The notes under the pieces were generated by a model that saw only the letters and a list, made by a program, of their open reading frames with translations, was not told the DNA's origin and did no database searches. Both the position numbers and the translations under genes were made by a program. Below are positions 22,270 to 43,029 of a DNA stretch of 64,000 bases, in pieces. Location of the stretch: NCBI RefSeq assembly GCF_009914755.1, contig NC_060936.1; one strand, given 5' to 3'. Within the stretch, counting starts at the first letter, position 1. Each line of letters starts with the position of its first letter. Origin of the DNA: the human T2T-CHM13v2.0 reference genome, Homo sapiens.

Positions 22270-23269
22270 TGAGCCACCGCGTCCAGCCCACAAATGTACT
22301 TTTAAGACACTTTTTTTTAAGCATCAGAAAGTTTTCAGTAGCAGAAACTATTCTGTGACTGACGGTAAAAATTCTACTGCTTCTTTGTTTTGCAGTCAGT
22401 GGTTAAATAGGTGCCTTCGAGATGATAGCTGTGATAAGGAAGTTATGAGGAAAAGTGGCATTCTTGGAGAGTCAAGTACTCTGACTTCATTGCATTTGCT
22501 GAAGGGGAAAAAAAGGGCACTTATTCTAACCAAAGGGCTTTAGACTTGGGAGTGCCCTATTCTTGATGTCCAGTCTTACTCATAAGTAAAGAATTGCAAA
22601 TGAAACCACCATTTGAGGCCAGGTGCATTGGCTCATGCTTGGAATCCCAGCACTCTGGGAGGCTGAGGCGAGAGGATCGCTTCAGTAAATGAAACAGGAA
22701 ATGAGTTCGAGACCAGCCTGGGCAACAAAGTAAGACCCTGTCTCTACACAAAATCAAAAAACTTAGCCAGGTGCAGTGGCGTGCACCTGTGGTCCCAGAT
22801 TTACAGGAGGCTGAAGCTGGAGGATTGCTTGATCCCAGCAGGTCAAGGCTGCAGTGAGCTGTGTTCATGCTACTGCACTCCAGCCTGAGTGACAGAACGA
22901 GATCTTGTCTCAAACAAACAACCCATACCATCTGAGACCCAGCAGAGTGGCTCATGTCTGTAATCCCAGCACTATGGGAGGCAAAAGTGAGAGGGTCACT
23001 TTGAAATCAGCCCGGTCAACATAGCGAGACACCGTCTATACAAAAGAAAAATTAAAAAACTAGCTGGGTGTGGTGATGTGCACTTGTAGACCCAGCTACT
23101 TGGGAGGCTGAGGCAGAGGACTGCTTGAGCCCAGGAATTTGAGCCTGCAGTGGGCTGTGATTGCATCACTGCACTCCAGCCTGTCTGACAGAGTAAGACC
23201 CTGTCTCAAAAAAACAACAACAAAAACCAAAAACACTCACACACAAAAACCACGAACAAAAAAACCCCA

Positions 23270-24480
<1,211 letters not shown>

Positions 24481-24564
24481 TTTTTGCAGGGTGTGGTGGC
24501 CCATGCCTGTAATGGTAAAACAGTCTCTGCAAAAAATTAGCCAGAGGCCAAGCACGGTGGCTCA

Positions 24565-24902
<338 letters not shown>

Positions 24903-24996
24903 TCACCTGAGCCTAGGGAGGTGGAAGATGTAGTGAGCTGGCCGAACACAGTGGCTCAAGGCTGTAATCCCAGCACTTTGGGAGGCTGAGGAGGGC

Positions 24997-25638
<642 letters not shown>

Positions 25639-25738
25639 GGAGATCGAGACCATCTGGCTAACACGGTGAAACCCCATCTCTACTAAAAATACAAAAAAAT
25701 TAGCTGGGCATGGTGGCAGGCACCTGTAGTCCCAGCTA

Positions 25739-25963
<225 letters not shown>

Positions 25964-26860
25964 TTACTTTGTATTCTTTAACACAGTTGTTCAATTTGTT
26001 AGGGTGCTGAAAGTATAGGGTAATTTTTAAGTTTTACGTCTATTAATTTTGTAGTGTTGTTTTTACAATAGCTTAACAAAATTTTATTTTTGTTGAGACA
26101 GGGTCTCGCTGTTGCCCAGGCTGCAGTGCAGTGGTGAGATGTTGGCTCACTGCAGCTTCTGCCTCCCAGACTCATGTGATCCTCCTACTTCAGCCTCCTG
26201 AATAGCAGGGACTACAGGTATGCGCCACCATGCCCAGCTCATTTTTGTATTTTTAGTGGAGATGGGGTTTTACCATGTTGTCCAGGCTGGTCTTGAATTC
26301 CTGGGCTCAAGCAACCTGCCTGCCTCAGCCTCCCAAAGTGCTGGGATTACAGGCGTAAGCCACCATGCCTGGCTGGTAATTTCAATCAGTAGCAACTATC
26401 TTCCCAAATAACAGTAAATAAGGAATGTTATCGCCATGCTGTTCATGAGTTTTTTGCTCCATATTCAACATCTCTTGCCTTTAACTCCTGCCCAAGGCCA
26501 CAGCATAGAACATCTCCAGCTTAGACACAGTCTCGTTCCTAACTGCCAGTTCTCAGCCACAATGGCTCAAAGAAGCCGAAGGCTCTGGATGGAAGAAAAT
26601 TGCTTTCCACAGGCAAAAATGGAAGATATCTGCACACACTGCAAGTGCACAGACATCAGAAGAGAGCACTGCATTCCACATGGCATCCATCTGGTATGAA
26701 ACCCCGCATTTTTTAATAAACGAGAAGCCTGTTCCATATATAGGGAGACTCCTGAAAACCTGGTGATACATATATTTGAAAATGAGGGTGTTTCCATAGG
26801 AATGAAAGAAACTGTCTGTTTATAGAGCCTGTTACAACAGAATAGACCGATTATACCTAC

Positions 26861-26964
26861 TTTCTTTCCACAGACTGCTTTTCTTTTAGGAGATCATTTA
26901 GTTTGTGCTCTAGATTATCACACTTCTCAATTGTTTCTTTAAACTTGGTCTTCATGTTGTTAAT
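26861..26964 (-). CDS. BRAP: BRAP exon 11 (104 nt; coiled coil INNMKTKFKETIEK...QSVER)
   Basis: Translated by hand; acceptor TTTCAG|ATT, donor AA|GTAGGT; cumulative CDS 1415 nt. Confidence 0.96.
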
Positions 26965-27142
26965 CTGAAAGAGCAAAGAGAAATCAGATTCATTTCACAA
27001 AGGTAATGTGGTGTGCTCTTTGGGACCAACATCATATTTTTCCCCCCAATTATCTGTATATAACTTTGACAAACCAAAATTAGAGAAGGTGAGATATGGC
27101 AGTTTCCAGGCAGGGGAAAAAAATAAAGAAAAGGTGAGGTAA

Positions 27143-27503
<361 letters not shown>

Positions 27504-28146
27504 TAGTAGAGATGCCACGTTGGCCAGGCTGGTCTCAAACTCCTGACCTCAAGTGAGGCTTGCCTCGGCCTCCCAAAGTGCTGGGATTACAGGCATGAGC
27601 CACTGCGCCTGACCTAATTTTTGTATTTTTTGTGGAGACAAACATTGGTAATCTAAGAAACTTGTGACACTTGACTCTAGTTGTTTATTTTTTCCAATTC
27701 ACAATATTTTTTTCATGTATCATGAAGCCACATGGAGTATAAGCAGTCCATGTTCTTTTGAGTCTATTTATAAAAACAATATACATAGACTAATTCATAT
27801 TACACAGCCTTAAAAACATAAGAGAATTAAAAAATTCTGATGTATAACATATCAGACGGCAGCCATCCCAGCCCAGAGTATGTTGGAGTCTGGCTAGGTA
27901 GATACTGGATCCACTCCTGTGTGAAGATCTGCGAACTTGGGAATTTCCTCAACTCCACTGGTCTAAGGACACCAGCAAAAGATTTGGTGGGAAGGCAAAG
28001 TCAGGAGGCTGGGTGAACCACAAGGCAATATAACAGGAACTGAAAGTGGCTGAGAATTTAAGTCATACAGCCCAGGGATCAGCTAGACCTTTCTTTTTAA
28101 TCATTTTCCATACAGCCTGCCTAGCAAGTCTCTAATAGCACTAGCT

Positions 28147-28147
<1 letters not shown>

Positions 28148-28179
<32 letters not shown>
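28148..28179 (+). repeat. (TAA)n microsatellite immediately 5' of an Alu
   Basis: About 10 TAA units. Confidence 0.9.
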
Positions 28180-28508
28180 GGCCGGGCATGATGGCTCACG
28201 CCTGTAATCCCGGCATTTTGGGAGGCCGAGACGGGTGGATCACGAGGTCAGGAGTTCAAGACCAGCCTGGCCAAGATGGCGAAAGCCCGTCTCTACTAAA
28301 AATACAAACATTAGTCGGGCACAGTGGCAGGCGCCTGTAATCCCAGCTACTCAGGAGGCTGAGGCAGGGAGCGGCTTGAACCAGGGAGGTGGAGATTGCA
28401 GTGAGCCAAGATCACACCACTGCACTCTAGCCTGGGAGACAGAGCAAGACACCATTACAAAAAAAATACAATACAATACAATAAAAATAAATGTTTTGTT
28501 CAAATTAA

Positions 28509-28778
<270 letters not shown>

Positions 28779-29853
28779 TGAACTCCTGACCTCATGATCT
28801 GCCCGCCTCGGCCTCCCAAAGTGCTAGGATTACAGGCATAAGCCACCACGCCTGGCTGGAAGAGAGATTTCTAAATGTACTTCTCTGTCATAAAAATCAA
28901 AATAGATTTAAAATCGCTCAAATTCTAGTTAGGTATTAATTTTCTCTTCAATATTATTTTAAAATAACAGAGCACTAGATCCTTTTGAAATTTTCTTCTA
29001 AACTGACTCCTGTCAGTTTAAGGAAGTTGAAAAGGACAGAAATTACTATCCTAAGGAACCAAACTGTACATGTCTTGGACAGTAAAGATACTTAAGCCAA
29101 ACACATTTAAATCAAGATGAAAATATAAAGGTAACCCTACAAAGGTTGGTTGGTTTGTTTTTTGAGATGGAGTCTCACTCTGTCGCCCAGGCTGGAGTGC
29201 AGTGGTGCAATCTCGGCTCACTGCAAACTCCGCCTCCTGGGTTCATGCCATTCTCCTGCCTCAGCCACCTGAGTAGCTGGGACTATGGGCACCCGCTACC
29301 ACGTCCAGCTAATTTTTTGTATTTTTAGTACAGACGGGGTTTCTCTGTGTTAGCCAGGATGGTCTAGATCTCCTCACCTTGTGATCTGCCTGCCTCGGCC
29401 TCCCAAAGTGTTGGGGTTACAGGCATTAGCCACTGCGCCTGGCCAGAAAGGTTCTTAATATTGCTACAGACAAATGTTAACAACGATTTAAATTAGTGCT
29501 TATTAAAACATTTCTGGTCCAGTGCCATGGCTCACGCCTGTAATCCCAGCCCTCTGGGAGGGCCGTGGCAGAAGGTTTGCTTGAGCCCAGGAGTTGGAGA
29601 TCAGCCTGGGCAACATAGTAAGATTCCCCCATCTCTCTCTCTTTTTTTTTGAGATGGCGTCTCGCTCTGTTGCCCAGGCTGGAATGCAGTGGCGTGATCT
29701 CAGCTCACTGCAACTTCCGCCTCCCTGTTCAAGTGATTCTCTTGCCTCAGCCTCCTAAGTAGCTGGGACTACAGGCACGTGCCACCAAGCCTGGCTAATT
29801 TTTTGTATTTTTAGTAGAGATGGGATTTCACCGTGTTAGCCAGGATGGTCTCA

Positions 29854-30081
<228 letters not shown>

Positions 30082-31216
30082 CTACATTCTAGCCTGGGCA
30101 ACAGAGTGAGATCTTATCTCAAAAAACAAATGAAAAATTCTGATCATTAGCCCACAGTAAGAAACACCCATGACACACACAAAAGTGAAATGAGTTTCAC
30201 AAAACAATATTAATTGTACTACATCCTAATATTTACATCTACACTATTTTATCTAATAAAAATGCTAGTTGTGGTCCACCAAACTCATTTTACAATCCAC
30301 AGCTGGAAAAATACTGATTAAAATGGAGCTAGACATCCACAAGAAAAGATATACTTTTAGAGGAGGTCACCTTATGACTGCCTCTGCCTACCATGTGTTC
30401 CTCATACATGGCCATGAAAACTAAGAACCTTTGAATGTCTGTGAGCTTCATCTTCTAGAATAGGCTGTGCTCACATGCTATAATAACGGCACTACCTAAG
30501 GCACTGGGGGAAAGAAACAGTGTTTATAACTGAAGCCCACAATGAATTTCAACCTTGATCCACACCCCTCCTCCACATCAACAGAAGGCCCACAAACAAG
30601 AATCTCTGTCAGTGAAACCCAGGGTCCGGGTTACTGTTTCTCCCTGAACATGTTCTACTGCTGGGGGTGCTAACGGACAAGGGACTGGCCAAAAGGAGGA
30701 CCGTGGCAGAACAAAAGGCTTGCATCATCCATTAACTTATGGATAAACGACATTTGTTACTAGAAAACAAAAGCATCCTTTTAAGCACCCCAAGCGTTTT
30801 ATTTAGAGCTGCTCTGGCTTCCATTTTACCCTGACCTAAAAGCAAACATAAGTTTCAGTGTTTCGTTTTCCTGCCCCTTGACTTGCTTTTCAATCCTAGA
30901 GGGCAGAGAGAATCCTGAGCTTAGCTTCAAGGGTCTGGATGAAGCACTTGAGGTAGTCACACTGGTATATCCCATGGAAAAACCCATGAGTGCAGCTGCA
31001 GTGGAGCTGCCAATGCACTTCCCGTGAGCCAACTTCACAGTACGCGGCAGCGACCTGCGCTCTGCTCCAACGAGAGCATTGGGAGGTGGTCCTCCCTGCA
31101 CATACTCTAATCAAGGCCTATTCAGAACTAGCAAAGTCAAGTGACCTTGAGTGCCACTGGAAGGGCACATGCATTGATTAGAAGGCTCTTGTAAGAAGTT
31201 CATCAATAACTTTTAA

Positions 31217-31474
<258 letters not shown>

Positions 31475-32487
31475 TGATCTGCCTGCCTCGGCCTCCCAAA
31501 GTGCTGGGATTACAGGTGTGAGCCACTACACCTGGCCTAAAGCTGATGTTAAGCATTAATTTTTACAGACCTTGATTTTGCCCACTTACGGCATATCCAG
31601 AAACTGGGGCCCATGGCCCTGCCTGCTAAGCTCCAGGATATTCCTAGCCACCTCAGAGGTGGGCCCCAAGCCCAGCTCTGTACTGCCTATCTGAAGGCCC
31701 AAGGATAGGTGGGGACTCACAAGGTTACTAAAGTAATCATTGAGAAATTTTACAAGATTTTATTTCATACTAAGGGAATCACTGAATTACAAACACTGTC
31801 CCTAGGTCCAAAGAAAGGTTCCTAGAGCCATAATTATACACAATTATACACAGATGCTTACTAGTTTTCAGACTACCTTCTTTGGAAGTCACAGGGTTCC
31901 TTGCACATACTGGAGACAGAGCTCTGGGCCTTCCATCTGAGTTTCCACCAAAATCATACCACTTTTTAATTTTGCTAAAGTAGTGAATGGCATCTTTTTT
32001 AAAGGACTATTTTGTTAAAATTTGAAAACTGCTGCCCTAGACCTTCAGGGTGAATAATGAAGTGCCAGTATCTCTGCCCAATTTTATTTCCTTCCATTTA
32101 GAAAGGCTCTGCGCCATTTCATTGCCTTAGAAGTTCATGTTTAGCTCCCAAAGGCAGCGGTTCCCAAGTGCCTAACTCAAATGACAAACCCTCAGGTAGA
32201 TACTTCTATGTTTTTAGTGGAACTTCACAAGGCACTAGAAAACCAGACTGAGGTTTAAAAAAAAAAAAAAAAAGCAAACAAAACCCCCTAAGACCCCAAA
32301 ATATCAAAACAGTCAAGCCTTTAAATCCAAAGTTTCTTTTTAGTGGCAAAACAGTTCTCCACCTATTACCTGCCTGAGAAGGGAAGATGGTAAGATTCCT
32401 CTTTCCCTGTACTCTGCCTTCCACACCCCCCATCAGAGTGCCCTGCCATGTGTCATTTCCGCAGTCACCCAAACCAAACAGACTTAC

Positions 32488-32577
32488 TTCCTCTGCTGTG
32501 TCCTTCTCTATCCGAACTATCTTGTTTTCCCAGTAGATTCGCTGAGATTCCAGCTGGCTTGTTAGTAAATATGAATA
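32488..32577 (-). CDS. BRAP: BRAP exon 10 (90 nt; YSYLLTSQLESQRIYWENKIVRIEKDTAEE)
   Basis: Translated by hand; acceptor TTCTAG|TAT, donor GAA|GTAAGT; cumulative CDS 1311 nt. Confidence 0.96.
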
Positions 32578-32939
32578 CTAGAAACATAGAGAATAAAGAC
32601 CAAAATGTAAGTCACTGTTGTCAGCCTCTGAAATCCAATTTAAAAATCTGATATTTAATGATCCACAGAAAACTAAAACTAACCAACAGAATGTATATTT
32701 ACGCCCTGGTTCTACTCTACTCAATATATACTGGACCAGGGGACACAAATGACATTATGCTTCTGTCTTCCTGGGGCTTACAATCTAGTCAGAATAAATG
32801 TACTTATAAAAACCTTTATTCTGGTCAAGCTGACTTTAAGAAGAACCACAGTGGTTTTAAATCTATGTATAACTCAAATAAACTTACCTGTCTCCCTGAC
32901 CCCATGAAGCAGTCCTGTCCCATCCTGTCCCAACCAGCA

Positions 32940-33150
32940 CTTGAGTCAGGCACCCCCTGACTGATAGCACTGTGCCTATCAGTAACAGCACTCAGGACAG
33001 CAGCACTTCATCACCAGTTTACCTGCCTGTCTCCCTGACTGGACTGTGAACTCTTTGAAAGCAAGGGTTATATCTCTACTGCTGTATCTCCAGTGCCTGG
33101 CACATGGTGGATGTCGAGAATTGTTTGCTGCATGACTGCATGAATGAATG
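32940..33150 (+). mobile_element. L2 3' end fragment
   Basis: TGTCTCCC..ACTGGACTGTGAACTC.TTGA.AGCAAGG...TGTATCTCCAGTGCCTGGCACATGG...TGAATGAATGAA. Confidence 0.75.
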
Positions 33151-33565
33151 AACAGTGCTGTGTAACCACAGGGAAGGGACAGATGGCGTATGACAGTAAG
33201 ATGTGAGAGAAGGCGAGATTTGAGAGGGTGCTGACAGATAGAAGAAGAACAGATAAAGACAGAGATCCGAGTCCAGAGAACTACTTGACCAAGACAGAGC
33301 TGTGGACATTAGAATCTCTTCAGAAATGAATGAGTAACACTAATGAGGCTGTTGTAACACTAATGTGCCAGGTTAGGAGATATGGCACCAGTGGAAGGCT
33401 TTGGGGTATTATAATATTGACAAATATGGGCAATGGGGAACCCAAGGCCAAGGAGTGGCAAGGTCACATCTCCATTTTGGAAAAACCATTCTAGAAGACT
33501 AGAAGAGATATAAACATGTCTGCAGACTACAGAGAGGGCAAGGAGAAGAACACCTATGCTACTGA

Positions 33566-34278
<713 letters not shown>

Positions 34279-34480
34279 TGAATAGAATGCATGTACATAC
34301 TTAATGTGGAGGATTTACTAATTCTAAATACTTAAAAGTGTTTGATCTTTATTAATACAATGATTTATTAATAACGATATAAAACTCATTTTAGGCCATT
34401 TTACTATCAGACCTTTAAGAGTCTTGAAATGAGCAAGTTTTCAAATGTCCACTTCCTCCTAAGGTTAAGGTATGTTTCTA

Positions 34481-34796
<316 letters not shown>

Positions 34797-34861
34797 TTAA
34801 CACTGAACTTGAGACAACTACAGACATCACAATGAAAGTAACAAGGCACAGTGAAACTTAG

Positions 34862-35134
<273 letters not shown>

Positions 35135-35241
35135 TGAGCCACTGCACCCAGCTGACATTTAGACTTTCAAAGAAGAAAAACAGAATAAAAATATTTTAAT
35201 AACACCTCACAGCAATGACCAAACATTTTTTTTTTTTTTGA

Positions 35242-35546
<305 letters not shown>

Positions 35547-35657
35547 TGACCAAACTTTAAAAAAAAAATGTACATCCAGGTAAATGACAAATATTTCAAA
35601 TTAGAATAGTAAAGAGCAGTAGAAACAGATAGAGTGATAACTCATTAAATCTCTTAC

Positions 35658-35767
35658 CTCTAACTGTAAGGCATCTATTTTCTCTTCCTGGCAAGTATCC
35701 CCCTCACATTCATACTGTACTATTTTTCCATCTGTTTTACTTGCAACCAGTCGATGAACATAGTTAT
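35658..35767 (-). CDS. BRAP: BRAP exon 9 (110 nt; DNYVHRLVASKTDGK...DALQLE)
   Basis: ORF 35601..35786; acceptor TGTAG|AT, donor GAG|GTAAGA; cumulative CDS 1221 nt. Confidence 0.96.
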
Positions 35768-36128
35768 CTACAGAAAGAGTCAACAAAAGTGTGTTTCTTT
35801 AGAATGAAAAGGGTCTCTGTACACTTTTAACTCTGACAAAATTTTTTTTTCAGATCTAATTTAAATGCCTTACAATATTTCTTTAAAAGTGTCAAATCAT
35901 TTGAATTTTAGAGGGGAGGGAGAAAGCAAGAATGGAAGTATTAACTCCCTTTATAATGTGTGATTCAAGACATTCCTAGAAAAATAGTGCCCTCAGGGAA
36001 ACTGAGAATTTGGGTTTGCAACAGCTGTCAAAAGATGACATTTCAAGCTGGGAGGGAAAGTGAAGGCGTTGTGAAGGCAAAGTTTCCACACAGAATGAGT
36101 CCAAATTAGAAAAGAGAGTGGTATTCAC

Positions 36129-36267
36129 CTCCAGCATAGTCCCAGACTCGATGGTTGGTAAGCTGCATGGCATACGTGTGCTGCGTTTCCTCAAAGTGCT
36201 TATAAGCATGTCGACTGACATACCGTCCACATCCTATGTGGCCGCATATTAAACAAATCCAAAGATT
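36129..36267 (-). CDS. BRAP: BRAP exon 8 (139 nt; Zn[29 protein letters not shown]...WDYAG)
   Basis: Characteristic ZnF-UBP motif W-ICL-CG-IGCGRY; acceptor CAG|AAT, donor GAG|GTGAAT; cumulative CDS 1111 nt. Confidence 0.97.
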
Positions 36268-36356
36268 CTGCCGGAAGAGGTAAGATCTTAATTAGTTAAA
36301 TAAAAATAAATGATCTGGCTGGGCGCGATGGCTCGGAGGCCGAGGCAGATGGATCA

Positions 36357-36638
<282 letters not shown>

Positions 36639-36817
36639 CTAGAAGACAGAATTGTTGGTTGGGCACAGTGGCTCACACCTGTAATCCCAGCATTTTGGGA
36701 GGCTGAGGCAGGAGTATCGCTTGAGCCTAGGAGTTTAAGACCAGCTTGGGCAACATAGCAAGACCCCAACTCTACAAAATGTTTTTTTTGTAGAAAAAAC
36801 AAAAACAAAATTTTTTA

Positions 36818-37030
<213 letters not shown>

Positions 37031-37521
37031 CTACAGGAGCCTGAGTGATTAAATGTATGTTTAAAACCCAACAATCAAGGATGCTTTTATGGGTCATTTT
37101 TTTTTTGCTGATTTCTAAGGAGCACTATGTGAACAGCAAGAAAAAAATTCACAATTCATCAGTAAAAGTCTAAGCCTTTCAAAAGTGCAAAGAAAAAAGG
37201 AATAAATTTAGCTCAGGAGTAACATAATTTGTGTATTCATATGTCTTGCCCAACCCTAGACAAAAAGAAAAAAAATTTTAAAGAATTTAGGCTGGGTGCA
37301 GTGGCTCACACTTGCAATCCCAGCACTATGGGTGGCTGAAGTGGAAGGACCGCTCGAGGCCAGGAGTTCGAGACCAGCCTGGGCAACACAGTAAGCCCTG
37401 TCTCTTAAAATAAAAAATAAAAAATAAATTAAAAATAAAGAACTTAAGTCATACCAGGCAGAAGAAAACTCATGACAATTAAAGCTGCATTCTTTGTTCT
37501 TTTCCATCACCCATTACTTAC

Positions 37522-37597
37522 TTCCTGAACACCACACTCAAAACACTTATTTTCTTCTACTGGCTCGGGCGTTTGACAGTACCGGCAAACAGGACAC
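37522..37597 (-). CDS. BRAP: BRAP exon 7 (76 nt; CPVCRYCQTPEPVEENKCFECGVQE; end of RING, start of ZnF-UBP)
   Basis: Acceptor GATAG|GT, donor GAA|GTAAGT; cumulative CDS 972 nt. Confidence 0.96.
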
Positions 37598-37875
37598 CTA
37601 TCCAGGACACCAAAAGATAATGGTGCAGGTTAAATATAAAAGACAGCTGTTACAGAACCCAAAAGTCAAACACTGGATTTTATATCCTCCTCCTCTTATA
37701 TGCTATTTTTATCATAACTAAGGATATCACTTAAAATAAAATATACAAAATAAAAATATACAAAATCTTGATAAAACAGAGAACAGAGAAATTGGGATCT
37801 GCCTCATGTCCTTTTCCGCTCTTATGTCTAAAGCTTAGATGATCAAAGAGCTAAGTATTTACAGGTTACAATTAG

Positions 37876-38180
<305 letters not shown>

Positions 38181-38183
38181 TGA

Positions 38184-38597
<414 letters not shown>

Positions 38598-38625
38598 TAA
38601 GAATTGGATTTAAAATCTGTAGTAA

Positions 38626-39015
<390 letters not shown>

Positions 39016-39311
39016 TAAAAACAATGTTGAAAAAATCCATTAACTGTTTTCTATTATACTCCACACAAAATAATACTAAATACTAGTCATGAGTATTTTT
39101 GTTAGATGGGCAACTAGGACAGAAAGTGGGTTATAGCTGAGGCTGACTGAACTGGCACCAGGAAGAAACAATGCTCAAGATATAACTAGTGGCTAGGCGC
39201 GGTGGCTCACACCTGTAATCCCAGCACTTTGGGAGACCTAGGCGGGCGGATTACCTAAGGTCGGGAGTTTAAGACCAGCTTGACCAATATGGAGAAACCC
39301 TGTCTCTACTA

Positions 39312-39482
<171 letters not shown>

Positions 39483-39900
39483 CTATAACTAGTAACAGTT
39501 ACCCAACTAAGTAAATAAAACCAAGAAAATGGAATAAACAGGAAGAACACTGTGTCACAGATGACACAGCTCTATCTGTGTAAGAGAAAGGAAAGGATCT
39601 AGTCCACTTCTTCCTTTAGCATCAAAAGAGAAGACAGAAGACAAACTCAAAGAAAGAACAGAAATGGTAGCCAGAAAGCAGAATGCAGAAAGTAGAAATT
39701 GGCTTTGTCTCATCCCTTCGGTCTGTGTGGTGGCTGTGAAAGTGGTTGAATAAGAAAACAGGCCAGGTGCAGTAGCTCACATCTGTAATCCCAGCACTTT
39801 GAGAGGCCGAGGCAGGAGGATGGCTTGAAGCCAAGTCTACCCTGGCCAATGTGGCAAAAGCCCTTCTAAAAAAAAAAAAAAACAAAAAACTAAAAACAAC

Positions 39901-39938
39901 AGAATTAGATTTCAGAACTGGTTCTGAAATCTAATTCT
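39901..39938. repeat. Perfect inverted repeat, 18-bp arms with a 2-nt spacer
   Basis: AGAATTAGATTTCAGAAC-TG-GTTCTGAAATCTAATTCT. Confidence 0.95.
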
Positions 39939-40214
39939 CTACACTATGCCCAAATGATCAAAACGATCTTTCTGAAATGTAAATTTGATCTTGAAAAGAA
40001 AAAAAAATTACAAGAATAAACTTGTAAACAAACAATTAGCATTCTATGATATACTACCTCATCTGTCTACTAAAAAATAATCAACAGTTTATCGGCCAGG
40101 CACAGTGGCTGACGCCCATAATCCCAGCACTCTGGGAGGCTGAGGTGAGTGGATCACCTGAGGTCAGCAGTTCGAGACCAGCTGGGCCAACATGGCAAAA
40201 CCCCATCTCTACTA

Positions 40215-40403
<189 letters not shown>

Positions 40404-41057
40404 TTATTAAATTCTTCCTGCCTTTCTCTGCAAAAAATTATTTTATCCTATTTTCCTGATGAGATCTTTGGGAGCTCTTCCCAAAGCCTTCTCTGACATC
40501 TCTATCAAAAAGACCAACACTGCCTCCTACTGCAGCCCTTCCTGAGTACCCCTGGTTGGGGATGCCATCATTCTCTCTTCCAATCTCCACCCTGAACCAC
40601 ATGTGTTTATGTCCAAGTGTAAACTCTCTTAGACCAAACCACCCCAAAGAGGACCTGAATTTGCTTCCTCTGTCTCAGCATCTCTCACAGTTCTATGCAT
40701 GTACCAAGGCTCAAAACTCATTAAATGAACTGCATGATTCTGAGGGCAAATGGCATGTCTTACATCCCATATGACAGGTTGAATTCTAGTCCCAGTTCTG
40801 GCATTCTCTGGCCATGACACTTTGAGCTTGCAAATTCTTATCTTTGGGCCTGTGTCCTCCTCCTGTATAAAATGAGGTTGTTGGAAAAAATGGTCCCTGA
40901 GGAAACTTCCAACTTTAAAATGCTATGGTTCTGTAACAGTTAATTTATATCAAAAGGAATACTGGGGATGGGTATCGTGGCTCATGCCTACAATCCCAGC
41001 ACTTTGCGAGGCCAAGGCAGGAACACTGCTTCAGCTCAGGAGTTCAAGACCAGCCTA

Positions 41058-41420
<363 letters not shown>

Positions 41421-42560
41421 CTAAGAATTGACTGAGGACTCCACGGAATTGGAGCAAGACTCCTGTCCAGCTAAATAAGCAGGGCAGTGATAAGCTGCAG
41501 AGACCCAGTTTATTTATGTGCTCCTCAGTGTCTACCACTGTGTGCCACGTCCCCCACCAGGTGTGAGAGACACAGCAGTGAGCAAGCCAGGCATGGCCCC
41601 CGCTCTGTGAAGCTGATATTCTTCTTCCGGCCACCAGGCCACTTGTGGGTGGACAGAGATTCCTGTAGACTTTCACCCCTCCTCACTTCTGTGCTTGGGA
41701 ACATGATCTTCCCCTTCCCCCACTGCCTTCTCTGGGTTCTGCTCTTTACCCGGCTTAACTCCTAATTACCCTCCTGGAGATGCCACTTCTCAGGTGGTCC
41801 TGGCTTCATTAGGGCCCCAGTTCTCAGTCCCAATGCTGCACACTGCTCTTCTGTAACACTGGTTATGGCTGTGATTTATTTACTTGTGTGATTTCATTTC
41901 TGGGTTCCCCTCTGTACTGGGAAATCCAGAAGGCCAGCATCTGATACACCTTTCTGGTTAAGTCCCACAGTGCAGTCTGCAAAGGGAGCAACCATCCTGG
42001 ATTTAGGGGGTAAAAAAAAGGTACAGGCCTTACCTGTTCTTTGTCTGTAGCAACATCACCTATGACTAAGACCTGGTATGTTGGGAATCAGGAGGCTGTA
42101 GAGTAGATCTCATACTTAGTAACTGCTATTTCTACTGGCCACCAAGCCATCAACAGCCCAGCAAAGCTAAAATATTAGGCTGCTGTAGCCCAGTTGATAA
42201 GAAGCCCAGAGTGAATGGCAGACACCAAGTGCAGCTGATACATGAGATTCCAGACCTAGATTTCACTGCAGCACGAGAGCCTCAAACTAAGCTTTGCTTT
42301 TTTTTTTCACTCTCTGGCTCTTGGAAGGAAAGAACAACTCATGCTGCTTTGGGGAATTCCACAAGGGTTCAGAATCAGCATACTAAAAAAGGACTTGGTC
42401 TCAGAATGCCGATTCCCTGAACTTAGGAAAGGGAAGGAGAAAAAGGACCTCTTGAATAAAGTCAAATACTTGGAATGGTTCATTTCTGCTGGTGGCTCTT
42501 TTTAATTCTGGAAGGGTTGCAATGGGCTTGTACACAGAGGGGTTCGGCCCCTGCACTCAC

Positions 42561-42709
42561 GTGGTATCGTCCCAGCGCTGTAGACACTGGCTGTGGAAGC
42601 TGTGGTTACATAACGTTGTGAGGATGCCATTCACAGACTCGTCCATGCGCTCCAGACACACCGTGCACTTGGGGAGTTCAGTCAGGTCCATCACTGGGAG
42701 GCTGGCGCC
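42561..42709 (-). CDS. BRAP: BRAP exon 6 (149 nt; RING-H2 finger CTVC...CNHSFHSQC)
   Basis: Translates to [49 protein letters not shown]; acceptor TGTAG|GGC, donor AC|GTGAGT; cumulative CDS 896 nt. Confidence 0.97.
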
Positions 42710-43029
42710 CTACAGGAAACACCTCACATAAGCCTCACTCTTCATCTACCAGCAATACTTTATTTTTCCTTCTTTTTTCTGAGACAGGGTCTCGCTCTCT
42801 GTCACCCACGCTGGAGCCCAGTGGCGCAATCATGGCTCATTACAGCCTTGACCTCCCAGGCTCAAGAGATCTGCCCACCTCAGGCTCCCCAGTAGCTGGG
42901 ACTACAGGCATGAGCCACTGTGCCAGGCCTTTCTTCTTTTAATAATAGTTTTCTAGTTGCTTTTTTGACTCCTGGCAGGATATCCTCAATATCATTACTC
43001 TAAGCAAGTAATTTAAATTGGTAATATTT

